A stretch of DNA of 64,000 nucleotides from Fidelibacterota bacterium (GTDB lineage: Bacteria > Fidelibacterota > Fidelibacteria > Fidelibacterales > DSDE01): positions 10,188 to 74,187 of the forward strand of contig JBJKQR010000084.1 in the NCBI GenBank assembly GCA_046735395.1, written 5' to 3'. Positions 41,303 through 50,729 of this stretch are shown piece after piece (positions within the stretch are counted from its first letter, which is position 1; each line of letters begins with the position of its first letter). Below the pieces are notes generated by a model. The model was not told the origin of the DNA. It searched no databases and saw nothing but the letters and a program-made list of their open reading frames with translations. The translations under genes were made by a program, and so were the position numbers.

Positions 41303-43399
41303 ATGAAAAAGAAAATGCAAAACATCATAAAACTCGGACTTGTTCTGATGTTCCTCCTGTCAGCATCCGGCCTGAACGGCCAGATTGACAACGGCCTCAG
41401 GAAATGGATCCGGGTCGGGTCCCTGCAGTCATTTTTTGATGCCTATGGAGCTGAACGGGCCTGGAATGCGAATACCAGCTACTATGAAGGTGTACAATGG
41501 CCGGCATGGTATGCGGATCAGGATAACTTCGTCATTGACCGCAGCTGGGTTACCTGCCGGGATTTCACCGATGCGGACGGAACCTTCTGGGATTACAAAT
41601 CCGTATCCTTCTATTCCACAAGTACAGAGGTCCAGGCTATGCAGAATACTCTGACCGGTCTGTTTGACAGTCCCCTGGTCTCCGTGGACGGGACACTCAA
41701 GCTGGCCGATTCCTATGTGGACTCACTCCACGATCCGAATCTGCCCTTTGACCGCATTCTGACGGATGTGTCACGGACCAGCCTGGGTGTGGAAGTCACG
41801 CGAAAGGTCTATGCATTCAGCCAGCAGTATCATGACAATTATTTCATCACGACCTATACCTTCAAAAACACCGGTAATACTGATGGTGACGATGAAATCG
41901 AACTTCCGAACAATGTGGTCACCGACTTCTATTACGGTTGCATGCCGCGCTACGCGACCAGCCAGGAAGCCCGTCTTACAACATCCGGAGATATTTCCTG
42001 GGGTATGCATCAGTGGGTTCATCATACACCGATGACCGATAATCCTGACATTCCCTGCTTCTATTCATGGCTGGGCCAGGTGAAGGCTCTGGATGGTGTC
42101 GTTGATAATATCGGCGGTCCAATCTATAAAAATGTCACTGATTATAAAGACGGCCGCCTTTCCGCACCCCAGTTTGCCGGTATGGCCATTCTTCACGTTC
42201 CCGCCTCTCCGACCAACGATATGAATGACTACGGGAAACTCACGATGGGATGGCATGGCGGAGACACGTACGGAATAGACAAGGAAATCTGGGACATGCT
42301 GTCCGGAGTGGATATCTACAAGAATACCGGATCCTATTCCATCCCCATGGATGAAGGCAAATCAACAAGTGATATTCCTCAGGATACGGAAGGCAATGAC
42401 GGCGGCGGCGCTGCCGGCCTTTACGGCGTCGGGCCCTATACACTCCAGATGGGGGAAAGTGTCACTATTGTCACCGTGGAAGCCGTATCCGGACTGGATC
42501 GTGAACACTGTACAACAATCGGCCAGAAATGGCTGCAGGATTATAGAGGTACAGCACAGACCTTTACCCTGCCTGACGGCAGTAACTCCACCGACAGAAA
42601 TGAATACAAGGATGCCTGGGTCTATAGCGGCAAGGACAGTATCATGCAGACCTTCCGGCGTGCCAAGGCCAATTATGAGAGCGGTTTCGCGTTGGCGACA
42701 CCTCCGCCTCCCCCTGCAAATATCTATATCGAATCTCTCGGTGACAAGATTGCTCTCACCTGGTCCGGCGAAGCCGAAAGTGCTTCAAATTTTGGAGGAT
42801 ATAAAATATTTCGTGCCACTGCTGCATCAGACAGCATCTACCACGAAATCTTCAGCTGCGGAGCAGCCGATGCCGTCAACAGTTATGAGGACAAGACGCC
42901 CAGTCGTGGAATCAGCTACTACTACTATGTCTGTTCGCTGAGCGACGGCAGTTTGAATACAGATCTGTCTCTGAACCCGGCAGGCCAGCTCATGAGTGGC
43001 CGGGCTTATACGCAGACGGTGGAACCGGCTTATCTGCGCCGGCAGTCCGGTATGAAACTGGCTGATATCCGCATCGTTGCCAATCCCTATTCCATTGCAA
43101 ACAGAGACTGGCAGTACGGTGAAGGGGACGACATGGACCGGATCTACTTTCTGGAAGTCCCGGGGCACTGCGTCATTAAGATCTTCACCGAACGCGGTGA
43201 CCTCATCAAGACCATCCATCACGAAGCCGGTTCCGGCGATAAAGCATGGAATCTGGATACGGACAGCAGACAGGTCATCGTCAGCGGTGTCTATATCGCC
43301 TACTTCCAGGTTACTCAGGATATTCCGGATCCCTACACAGGAGAAGTCGCTCTGAAAAAAGGCGACGCAACGTATAAAAAATTCATTGTAATCCGATAA
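41303..43399 (+). CDS. Secreted protein with an FN3-like domain and a T9SS-like C-terminal domain; function unknown
   Basis: Signal peptide; PPPPP linker then LTW...FGGYKIFR...YYYYV; terminal IRIVANPY...IYF.EVPG.C.IKIFTERGDLIKTI.H...WNL.T...IVSGVYI...KFIVIR. Confidence 0.8.
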   Translation: MKKKMQNIIKLGLVLMFLLSASGLNGQIDNGLRKWIRVGSLQSFFDAYGAERAWNANTSYYEGVQWPAWYADQDNFVIDRSWVTCRDFTDADGTFWDYKSVSFYSTSTEVQAMQNTLTGLFDSPLVSVDGTLKLADSYVDSLHDPNLPFDRILTDVSRTSLGVEVTRKVYAFSQQYHDNYFITTYTFKNTGNTDGDDEIELPNNVVTDFYYGCMPRYATSQEARLTTSGDISWGMHQWVHHTPMTDNPDIPCFYSWLGQVKALDGVVDNIGGPIYKNVTDYKDGRLSAPQFAGMAILHVPASPTNDMNDYGKLTMGWHGGDTYGIDKEIWDMLSGVDIYKNTGSYSIPMDEGKSTSDIPQDTEGNDGGGAAGLYGVGPYTLQMGESVTIVTVEAVSGLDREHCTTIGQKWLQDYRGTAQTFTLPDGSNSTDRNEYKDAWVYSGKDSIMQTFRRAKANYESGFALATPPPPPANIYIESLGDKIALTWSGEAESASNFGGYKIFRATAASDSIYHEIFSCGAADAVNSYEDKTPSRGISYYYYVCSLSDGSLNTDLSLNPAGQLMSGRAYTQTVEPAYLRRQSGMKLADIRIVANPYSIANRDWQYGEGDDMDRIYFLEVPGHCVIKIFTERGDLIKTIHHEAGSGDKAWNLDTDSRQVIVSGVYIAYFQVTQDIPDPYTGEVALKKGDATYKKFIVIR

Positions 43400-43414
43400 G
43401 TATGAGGCTTAGAA

Positions 43415-44716
43415 ATGAGAAATACTAAACACATAACTATTTCAGTTCTTGCCGGCCTGGCCCTGTTGCTTATCGCCGGCTGCACTGAATTTCCTCCGCT
43501 GACCGATGTTCCCAACCAGAGTTATGGGGACACGCCGATCATCGAGTCCGTCAGCCCCGCATCCTACAGCCTGACCGGGACCGGAGACACTATTACCATC
43601 AGCGGACAGAATTTCGTAAATGACAGTCTGTCGAATTTCGTCTATTTCGGCCCTGACACATCCGGAAAATTCCCCGCTCAGGTGGTGGACTGGTCATCAA
43701 CTACACTGAAAGTCATTCCGCCCCTGATTTCCGGGCGCGGGCTTCAGATGCGTCTCGATGTGGCCCACGCCATCGTACCGGCTTTCTATTCACCCTACGA
43801 ACTGGAACTGGCCGCCATTCCCTGGGGTAATACGACCTGGGAAACCCGGCCCATCGAAATTGCCTGTGATGCCAATGACAATGTCTATGCACTACTCGAC
43901 GACGGCAAAGTGATCAAGATCTTTGCCGATGGCAGCGGTTTTGTTCAGGTCGCGGAAGGCTGCCCGACAGGAACCGCTGCGAATGAATGGCTCTCAATGC
44001 AGGTAGGAAGCAATGACACCCTCCTGATCCTTGAGAAGATCTACATCTACAAAGTTCCCGTCATCGCCGATTCGGTTGTCGTCTGTGATAAAACCAACAT
44101 GAAATTCAATTCCACAAAGTTTGCAGACTGGGGAGAGACATTTGACAAGGATAAAAACGGAATTACATTCGTTGCCAGCCGGAAATCCATGATTATGCCG
44201 GTCGACAAGTCGGGTATTCCGATTTCAGCCAATGACATCACGGTAGCAGAAGCAAATGGTGAAAAATTCCAGGCTCTTCGCGTATTCAATGATTATGTGT
44301 ACGCTGCGACTCCCTCTGTCCTGCTTCGCTTCCCGATCGAAGATGCGAATGGGAAACTGGGAGCAGCCGAAACAGTGTATTCACTTTCCGATTATATGTC
44401 GGATGTTCAGATCACTTCCATGATGATTGCTGCCGATGGTGATATCTACCTCGGCATTGCTCCGTTGACAACCTTTACCGGCGCAACAGCCCCTGCAGCA
44501 GTCCTGGTTGTAAATTCAACTACCGGCAAGCCCTTTTATCCTTCAGCACTGATATCACCTACCCGTGATATGATTTGGGGTAGCGGTAATTATGCCTTCC
44601 TGCTCCGGAACCTGATCTACAGCGATGCATCCAATGATATCGCAAAATATGCGGATTATAAGGTTGTACGTGTCATGATGAGCAAGGATGGAGCCCAGAA
44701 TTTCGTTAGAGAGTAA
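43415..44716 (+). CDS. IPT/TIG-domain lipoprotein with a probable beta-propeller
   Basis: Lipobox IAGC; P.IESVSP...TITISGQNF....VYFG...TTLKVIPP; repeats such as IACDANDNVY and IAADGDIY. Confidence 0.8.
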   Translation: MRNTKHITISVLAGLALLLIAGCTEFPPLTDVPNQSYGDTPIIESVSPASYSLTGTGDTITISGQNFVNDSLSNFVYFGPDTSGKFPAQVVDWSSTTLKVIPPLISGRGLQMRLDVAHAIVPAFYSPYELELAAIPWGNTTWETRPIEIACDANDNVYALLDDGKVIKIFADGSGFVQVAEGCPTGTAANEWLSMQVGSNDTLLILEKIYIYKVPVIADSVVVCDKTNMKFNSTKFADWGETFDKDKNGITFVASRKSMIMPVDKSGIPISANDITVAEANGEKFQALRVFNDYVYAATPSVLLRFPIEDANGKLGAAETVYSLSDYMSDVQITSMMIAADGDIYLGIAPLTTFTGATAPAAVLVVNSTTGKPFYPSALISPTRDMIWGSGNYAFLLRNLIYSDASNDIAKYADYKVVRVMMSKDGAQNFVRE

Positions 44717-44746
44717 ACCTGACGGGAATACCGTTCATAATATCAT

Positions 44747-44777
44747 AAAAAAGGGGGCTGAAGAGCCCCCTTTTTTT
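44747..44777. terminator. Bidirectional intrinsic terminator closing the PorV/TonB operon
   Basis: AAAAAAGGGGGCT-GAAG-AGCCCCCTTTTTTT. Confidence 0.88.
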
Positions 44778-45075
44778 ATTCATCCGTAAAAGCAGGGAAC
44801 AGGGTGAAAAAACATGTTTTGAGGCCTAAAACAGCAATTACCTGCTGATATGTAGTGAGTTAAAGGATATTTTATCTTAATTGTGATTAGAATATCCTGA
44901 ATGGGACCCTAAATTCTGCGATAATGGAAAATACGTCAGGCTTTCATGGCTATAATCAACTGATATACAATATGTTACAGAGATATCTTAAATTATGATT
45001 AATGATTAAAATGTATGGGATAATTCAATATAATCACGTAAACAAAAATCTTTATATATAGAACCGGGAGTGGGA

Positions 45076-45834
45076 TTAATCCTTCGGCGCGGCCAGTTTT
45101 GCCACCCAGATGGAAATTTCATAGAGAATGAGCAGCGGGAAGGCCATGAGCAGCTGGCTGACAGGATCCGGAGGCGTGAATAAGGCTGCCAGGAGAAAGA
45201 TAACGACAATGGAAAATTTGCGGATTCGTATCAGCAGTCCGGCACTGAGAATGCGGAATTTAGTCAGGATAAAGGTGATGACCGGCATTTCAAAGACGAT
45301 CCCCATTCCCAGCAGCAGATAAATCACGAAGGTGATATACTGATCGATCGCCACATTGGGAACAACCTCATCGGGAAAATTTATGCCGAGCAGGAAGGTG
45401 AGCGCCACCGGAAGCACCATATAATAGGCAAAGGCCGCACCGGCCAGAAAATTGATGAAGGTTATGAGAATAACCGGACTCGTATATTTCTTTTCACTGC
45501 TCCTCAGGCCGGGAGCAATAAATTTCCACAGCTGATAGACAATGACAGGAATGGATAATGTAATTCCGGCTGCCACGGCTGTCAGGATCTGGATGATGAA
45601 CATCCCCTGCACTCTCAGAACCTGCAGCTTCAGCGGATTGTCCAGAGTGATGGCCGGATGAATCAGGAAGCGGATGATGGGATTGACAAAGAAAAAGGCT
45701 GCAATGGAAAAAATAAACACGGACAGCAGGCCCTTGAAGATACGCCATCTCAATTCCTCGAGATGTTCCAGAAATCCCATATTGGCTTCCGTATCGTCCT
45801 TTTGCCCTGTCTTGAGAAGTGATTCAGTACTCAT
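45076..45834 (-). CDS. tatC: Twin-arginine translocase subunit TatC
   Basis: MGFLEHLEELRWR, YQLWKFIAPGL, FEMP, TPPDPVSQ, LYEISI. Confidence 0.95.
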   Translation of the reverse strand: MSTESLLKTGQKDDTEANMGFLEHLEELRWRIFKGLLSVFIFSIAAFFFVNPIIRFLIHPAITLDNPLKLQVLRVQGMFIIQILTAVAAGITLSIPVIVYQLWKFIAPGLRSSEKKYTSPVILITFINFLAGAAFAYYMVLPVALTFLLGINFPDEVVPNVAIDQYITFVIYLLLGMGIVFEMPVITFILTKFRILSAGLLIRIRKFSIVVIFLLAALFTPPDPVSQLLMAFPLLILYEISIWVAKLAAPKD

Positions 45835-46751
45835 AATTCATTCAGCGCTTTCCGTATTGTGTTTGGTGTCTCTTTCGCATCGTTCCGCAACAGTGTCTCC
45901 AACAATTTCCGCCGATCCGCGGTCCAGTAGTTCTCCAGCAGATCATCCCCGATGCGTTCGCTTACAATATCCCGCAGGCGATCACGCCGAAGCTGGTTCC
46001 ATCCGTCAATCCTTCTGAGATGTTCCTGATAATTCATGAGAGATTCGATCAGCTCCTCGACGCCTTCGTCCCGTGTGGCAATGGTTTTAATGACGGGAAC
46101 GGCCCATCCTCCTTCGGTCATATTCAGGTCAAGGATGCTGCGGAGGTTAACTTCCATTCTGGCTGCTCCGTCCCGATCCGATTTATTGATGACAAAAATC
46201 CCTCCGATTTCCATGAGGCCTGCTTTCATGGCCTGAATCTCATCACCGGATTCGGGAACCAGCACCACGACGGCAATATCAGCAGACCGTGAAATATCCA
46301 GCTCTACCTGTCCCACACCCACGGTCTCAATCAGGATCAGATCATAGCCCCCGGCATCCAGCACATCACAGGCTTCCCGGGTTTTCCGGCTCAGGCCGCC
46401 CAGACTGCCCCGGGTCGCCATTGAGCGGATAAAAATACCTTCTTCTCCGGACAGGCTGTTCAATCGGAGGCGGTCTCCCAGTAATGCTCCGCCGCTGAAG
46501 GGTGAAGACGGATCCACGAGAATGAGCGCCACGCGTTTCCCCCTGTTCAGAAAATGCCGGGCGATCTTTTCTGACAGCGTGCTTTTTCCAGCGCCTGGAG
46601 GCCCGGTAATTCCAATGCGAAAAGCATGTCCACAGCGGGGCCACAAGTCATCAAGAATTGATGCAGCCTCATCCGAATCATTTTCTACCTTGGAAATCAG
46701 CCTGGCTATTTTCCGTTTATCCATGGAGCTCATGTCTGGAAATTTACCCAA
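45831..46751 (-). CDS. meaB: Methylmalonyl-CoA mutase-associated GTPase MeaB/ArgK
   Basis: GITGPPGAGKST, DPSSPFSGGALLGDR, IETVGVGQ, QAMKAG, NKSD. True start may be 46733 or 46724. Confidence 0.92.
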   Translation of the reverse strand: MGKFPDMSSMDKRKIARLISKVENDSDEAASILDDLWPRCGHAFRIGITGPPGAGKSTLSEKIARHFLNRGKRVALILVDPSSPFSGGALLGDRLRLNSLSGEEGIFIRSMATRGSLGGLSRKTREACDVLDAGGYDLILIETVGVGQVELDISRSADIAVVVLVPESGDEIQAMKAGLMEIGGIFVINKSDRDGAARMEVNLRSILDLNMTEGGWAVPVIKTIATRDEGVEELIESLMNYQEHLRRIDGWNQLRRDRLRDIVSERIGDDLLENYWTADRRKLLETLLRNDAKETPNTIRKALNEL

Positions 46752-46795
46752 TTCACTATCTTTTTCAAAGGGCTAAGAAAAACCCGCTCCAACCC

Positions 46796-47974
46796 TTATT
46801 GGTCCTGAAAAGATGTCGTATCCGATGCCTGCCGGAGCAGGATAAATTCTCGGGTCTCAGGCGTCCAGTAATGCAGAAGTGTCTGCAGGGATGCATTGCC
46901 CTTCAGCAGCTGACAGAGATCGCCATTACCCAGCGCCTGACTCATTTCACTGCAGCGGAACTGCATTTCCCGGGGATAGAGAACATTCATAACCCTGAAT
47001 TCAGCCAGAAACACCTCCAGCGCGGACCGTCCGTCCAGTGCGTCGAGAGGCAGCATGGTGGAGCGCGGATCCAGCGGACAGTGCAGCAGCCCCAGAGCAG
47101 CAAACGCAGGATCATCCTCGGCAAGGGCCTGCTTCACACGGACCGCATCCATCCAGGGAGCCCAGCAGCCGCTCAGGCCGCTCAGCGAATCCCGCAGAAC
47201 ACTCAGAGTGCTGAAGGAGGCCAGAAAACGAAAAGGATAATCATGAATATCGTCACCCGTCTCCAGCATCGGATTCTGGGGATAAAACAGGTAGAGAAGA
47301 TCATTATACCCCACCTCCTCTCCACTGAACCGACAGGGAATAACGGTAAGATTTTCTGTTTTTTTCATATATCCTCTGCGGGCGAAATATCGGGCAGCTT
47401 CCCCCAGGCTCATGTCATAGAGAAAAGGAAGTCCGGCAGCAGAGCGGTTCGGCGGTCCCCAGATGTCCCGCAGCGCGGACATCCGGGGTCTGTCCGGAAT
47501 AATCAGTGCGATATCGAGCAGGTCCGCCAGCCGCATGGCCGATTTCAGATACTGAAGAACCGGATCCGAACTGATTCCGGACAGCGGCATATCGAAGAGG
47601 ATGCCGTCCGCCGAAGCGAGTTCGGAGGCCCGGAAGCGGAGCGACTGACTCTGTACGTACTTCAGATCCGGACTGTGGATGGACAGGAGCAGGGAATCCT
47701 GCCAGTAGCGGTCCCAGCCGTTGGCGGTGATAACGTAGGTTCGCACGCTTCGCAGGGATTTCTGACGGGCAAGTATATCCAGAAGATGGACACCCTTCGA
47801 ATCCCGGCTGCCATGATTACAGAATACGATAAGCTTTTTTTGCGCTAATTGGGAGAAGTTGGATATTTCAAGCATATCCAGACCGGTTAGAACAGGCAGA
47901 GACTCTGCATTTGTTCTCCGAACCGGCCAGGCAAGCATGGCAACGGCCAGCAGAATGCTGAATGATTTTTTCAC
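46796..47974 (-). CDS. Divergent NamZ/DUF1343-like secreted protein
   Basis: Signal peptide, then V.TGLD.L....F..L..K.....NH...D..G.HL.D.L, D.ILFD, DRP, MSLGE.A. The order follows DUF1343 but the core is degenerate. Confidence 0.6.
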   Translation of the reverse strand: MKKSFSILLAVAMLAWPVRRTNAESLPVLTGLDMLEISNFSQLAQKKLIVFCNHGSRDSKGVHLLDILARQKSLRSVRTYVITANGWDRYWQDSLLLSIHSPDLKYVQSQSLRFRASELASADGILFDMPLSGISSDPVLQYLKSAMRLADLLDIALIIPDRPRMSALRDIWGPPNRSAAGLPFLYDMSLGEAARYFARRGYMKKTENLTVIPCRFSGEEVGYNDLLYLFYPQNPMLETGDDIHDYPFRFLASFSTLSVLRDSLSGLSGCWAPWMDAVRVKQALAEDDPAFAALGLLHCPLDPRSTMLPLDALDGRSALEVFLAEFRVMNVLYPREMQFRCSEMSQALGNGDLCQLLKGNASLQTLLHYWTPETREFILLRQASDTTSFQDQ

Positions 47975-48033
47975 AAGACCTGTCCGCCTTATCCCTTCTG
48001 CTCCTCAGGTCGGGTACCGGCTGATGGACAGAT

Positions 48034-49734
48034 TCAGCCGATAAAATCCGCCTTCAGGGAAGAAAGATCCCCGCCATAGCTATCCACAAAGGCGCGGATA
48101 TGATTTTCCAGATATTCAAGACGTGTTACGGATTCCACGTAGAAATAATCAAACAGAGGCGCTTTTTCGGAAGCGGACTCGGCGATGGGTGCGAAATGTA
48201 CGAGACGATAGAGCAGACTGGTCATTTCGGTGAAATCGGTAGCGCAGAAATCGTGCAGATCCTTGGATTTCACAGCCGAGACCGTTTCAATGAGGCTCAG
48301 CATCGTATCGATATGACCGGAAACCACGGATTTTCTGTTCCCGAGACGAGGCAGGTCCTGATGCCGGAATTCTTCCCAGTCCGGTGCCAGGATATTATTG
48401 GTGATGCCGCCGATGGCAGCGACCACCTGAAGCTGAGTCGTCCCTTCATAAATATTTGTAATCCGCGCATCCCGGGCCAGGCGTTCTGCAGGGAAATCCC
48501 GCATATAGCCCACACCGCCATGGATCTGGATGGTATCGTAAGTGACCTTATTGGCCATTTCGGTGATGGTGAATTTTGACAGAGGCGTCAGCAGAGCAGC
48601 CAGATTGACCGCAGCCTTCAGGTCACTGCCCACATTTTCACCACGACTGTTGCGGCGTTCCAGCAGTTCCTCCTGATCGACAGCGAGGGCTGTACGGTAG
48701 AGAAGCAGACGGCTGGTTTCAATATCGGCCTGCATTTTTTTCAGCATCTGAAAGACAGCCGGGAAATGAGCAATACTCTGGCCGAACTGTTCACGTTCAC
48801 GGGCATATTTCTTTGCTTCCTCGTACGCGGCTTCAGCAATACCCAGCGCCTGGGCGGAAACACCGAGCCGTGCCCCGTTCATCAGGGACATGACATACTT
48901 GATGAGCCCGAACTTGCGTTTGCCCACCAGTTCCGTCCTGGCCATATTGAACTGAAGTTCACAGGTGGGTGAACCGTGAATACCGAGTTTATTCTCAATG
49001 CGCCGGACAATCATATTGTCATCGCGATAGCGTTCATAGAGGAACATGGAGAGGCCGCGTCCGCCCTTGCTGCCTTCTTCAGACCGGGCAAGAACGAGAG
49101 ACACGTCACCGCTTCCATTGGTGATGAAGCGTTTCACACCGTCCAGATACCATTCTCCGTTCTTTTCAATGGCCTTCAGTGTCACGGCCTGCAGATCCGA
49201 CCCGGCATCCGGTTCGGTCAATGCCATGGAACCGCTCACTTCACCGGAGCAGAATTTAGGAAGAACACGGGATTTCTGGGTCTCGTCGGCAAATTTTTCG
49301 ATGGTGACCGCAATATCCTGAAGTCCGAAAAGATTCATGAGACTGGCATCGGCCTGAGATACCATTTCAACAATAATGGTATTCACAGCCTGAGGCAGAT
49401 TAAGTCCGCCGTATTTCCTGGAGATGGTTCCGCCCATATAACCGGCCTTGGCCAGCATGGCCATATTTTCCTTGGTCTCATCGGCCCATTCCACATCACC
49501 ATTCACATGCACGGCTCCTTTTTCATCCACGGCTTCAGCGCGGGGAGCAATGAACTCTGCGGCGATATGGCCGGCATTGTCGAGCAGCATTTCATACCAT
49601 GTATAGGCTTCTTCGAAGCTGGTCAGCGTGGGAGCTTCCGGATTCTGGAAATTTTTCTCAAGATCAGCGGAGACCGGTTCCAGATTCAGCTGTTTCAGAT
49701 AGAAGCGCCGATCATTATGATAAAAAGTGGGCAT
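48034..49734 (-). CDS. Acyl-CoA dehydrogenase family protein
   Basis: MALTEPDAGSDL, GVKRFITNG, KLGIHGSPTCEL, QIHGGVGY, IYEGTTQLQ. Confidence 0.93.
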   Translation of the reverse strand: MPTFYHNDRRFYLKQLNLEPVSADLEKNFQNPEAPTLTSFEEAYTWYEMLLDNAGHIAAEFIAPRAEAVDEKGAVHVNGDVEWADETKENMAMLAKAGYMGGTISRKYGGLNLPQAVNTIIVEMVSQADASLMNLFGLQDIAVTIEKFADETQKSRVLPKFCSGEVSGSMALTEPDAGSDLQAVTLKAIEKNGEWYLDGVKRFITNGSGDVSLVLARSEEGSKGGRGLSMFLYERYRDDNMIVRRIENKLGIHGSPTCELQFNMARTELVGKRKFGLIKYVMSLMNGARLGVSAQALGIAEAAYEEAKKYAREREQFGQSIAHFPAVFQMLKKMQADIETSRLLLYRTALAVDQEELLERRNSRGENVGSDLKAAVNLAALLTPLSKFTITEMANKVTYDTIQIHGGVGYMRDFPAERLARDARITNIYEGTTQLQVVAAIGGITNNILAPDWEEFRHQDLPRLGNRKSVVSGHIDTMLSLIETVSAVKSKDLHDFCATDFTEMTSLLYRLVHFAPIAESASEKAPLFDYFYVESVTRLEYLENHIRAFVDSYGGDLSSLKADFIG

Positions 49735-50729
49735 TATCCTTCCTCCTTCAGGTATTTGAGCATAACGGGGATGACTTCCTTCAGGTCCCCCACAATCCCC
49801 ATGTGGGCGATTGCAAAAATCGGTGCGTCCGGATCGGTGTTGATGGCGATGATCTTCTGGGATTCTTCCATCCCGGCCCGATGCTGAATGGTTCCGCTCA
49901 GTCCGGCACCAATATAGAGTTTGGGACGGACGACCGCGCCGGTCTGGCCGATCTGACGGTCCTTATCCGCGAATCCGAAATCAATGGCAGCACGGGTCGC
50001 GGCGTATTCACCGCCCAGAGCCTTGGCCAGCTGCTTGATGAGATCAAAATCTTCCTTGGATCCCACACCGGCTCCACCGCAGACGATGACATCGCTGGAA
50101 TTCAGGTTAATCTTGCTTTCCTTGTGAATGATGGACAGAAATTCGTTACGGATCCATTCGTCATGGATATCCATGCGGAATTCCTCGATTTTGACAGGCT
50201 TGTCTCCCTCTACTTCCGGCAGCAGCATGACCCCTTCCCGGACGGTGGCCATGGCAGGCCGGCTGTCCGGAGATATGATGGTAGCCAGAATATTTCCGCC
50301 GAAGGCAGGACGCACCTGGTAGAGAATTTTTCCGGCATCCTTGAAATCATCAATATAGAGCTGGGTACAGTCGGCGGTCAGTCCGGTGAGCAGCGAGGAT
50401 GCCACCAGAGGCGCAATATCCCGTCCCAGATGAGTCGCGCCGAAGAGCACCATATCCGGATCTTCCTTGCGGATGATCTCGGTAATGACTGATTTATAGG
50501 CCAGTGACTGAAGATGTTTCAGTTTGTCATTGAGGTAGACCACGAGGCGGTCCATACCGAAGCGAAACAGGCGCTCGCTGTTCTGCGGCAGTTCATTGCC
50601 CACAAAACATCCGACCACTTCGCCATTGAACGGTTTAACCAGGGATTCAGCCTTGTGGGTCAGTTCGATACTCACATCTCTCAGACCGTTATCAACAGGA
50701 TTTTTTTCAACAAAGACCATTATTTTCAT
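49734..50729 (-). CDS. etfA: Electron transfer flavoprotein alpha subunit
   Basis: GLTADCT, RPAFGGN, QIGQTG, GLSGTIQH.AGM, AINTDPDAPIF. Confidence 0.95.
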   Translation of the reverse strand: MKIMVFVEKNPVDNGLRDVSIELTHKAESLVKPFNGEVVGCFVGNELPQNSERLFRFGMDRLVVYLNDKLKHLQSLAYKSVITEIIRKEDPDMVLFGATHLGRDIAPLVASSLLTGLTADCTQLYIDDFKDAGKILYQVRPAFGGNILATIISPDSRPAMATVREGVMLLPEVEGDKPVKIEEFRMDIHDEWIRNEFLSIIHKESKINLNSSDVIVCGGAGVGSKEDFDLIKQLAKALGGEYAATRAAIDFGFADKDRQIGQTGAVVRPKLYIGAGLSGTIQHRAGMEESQKIIAINTDPDAPIFAIAHMGIVGDLKEVIPVMLKYLKEEG

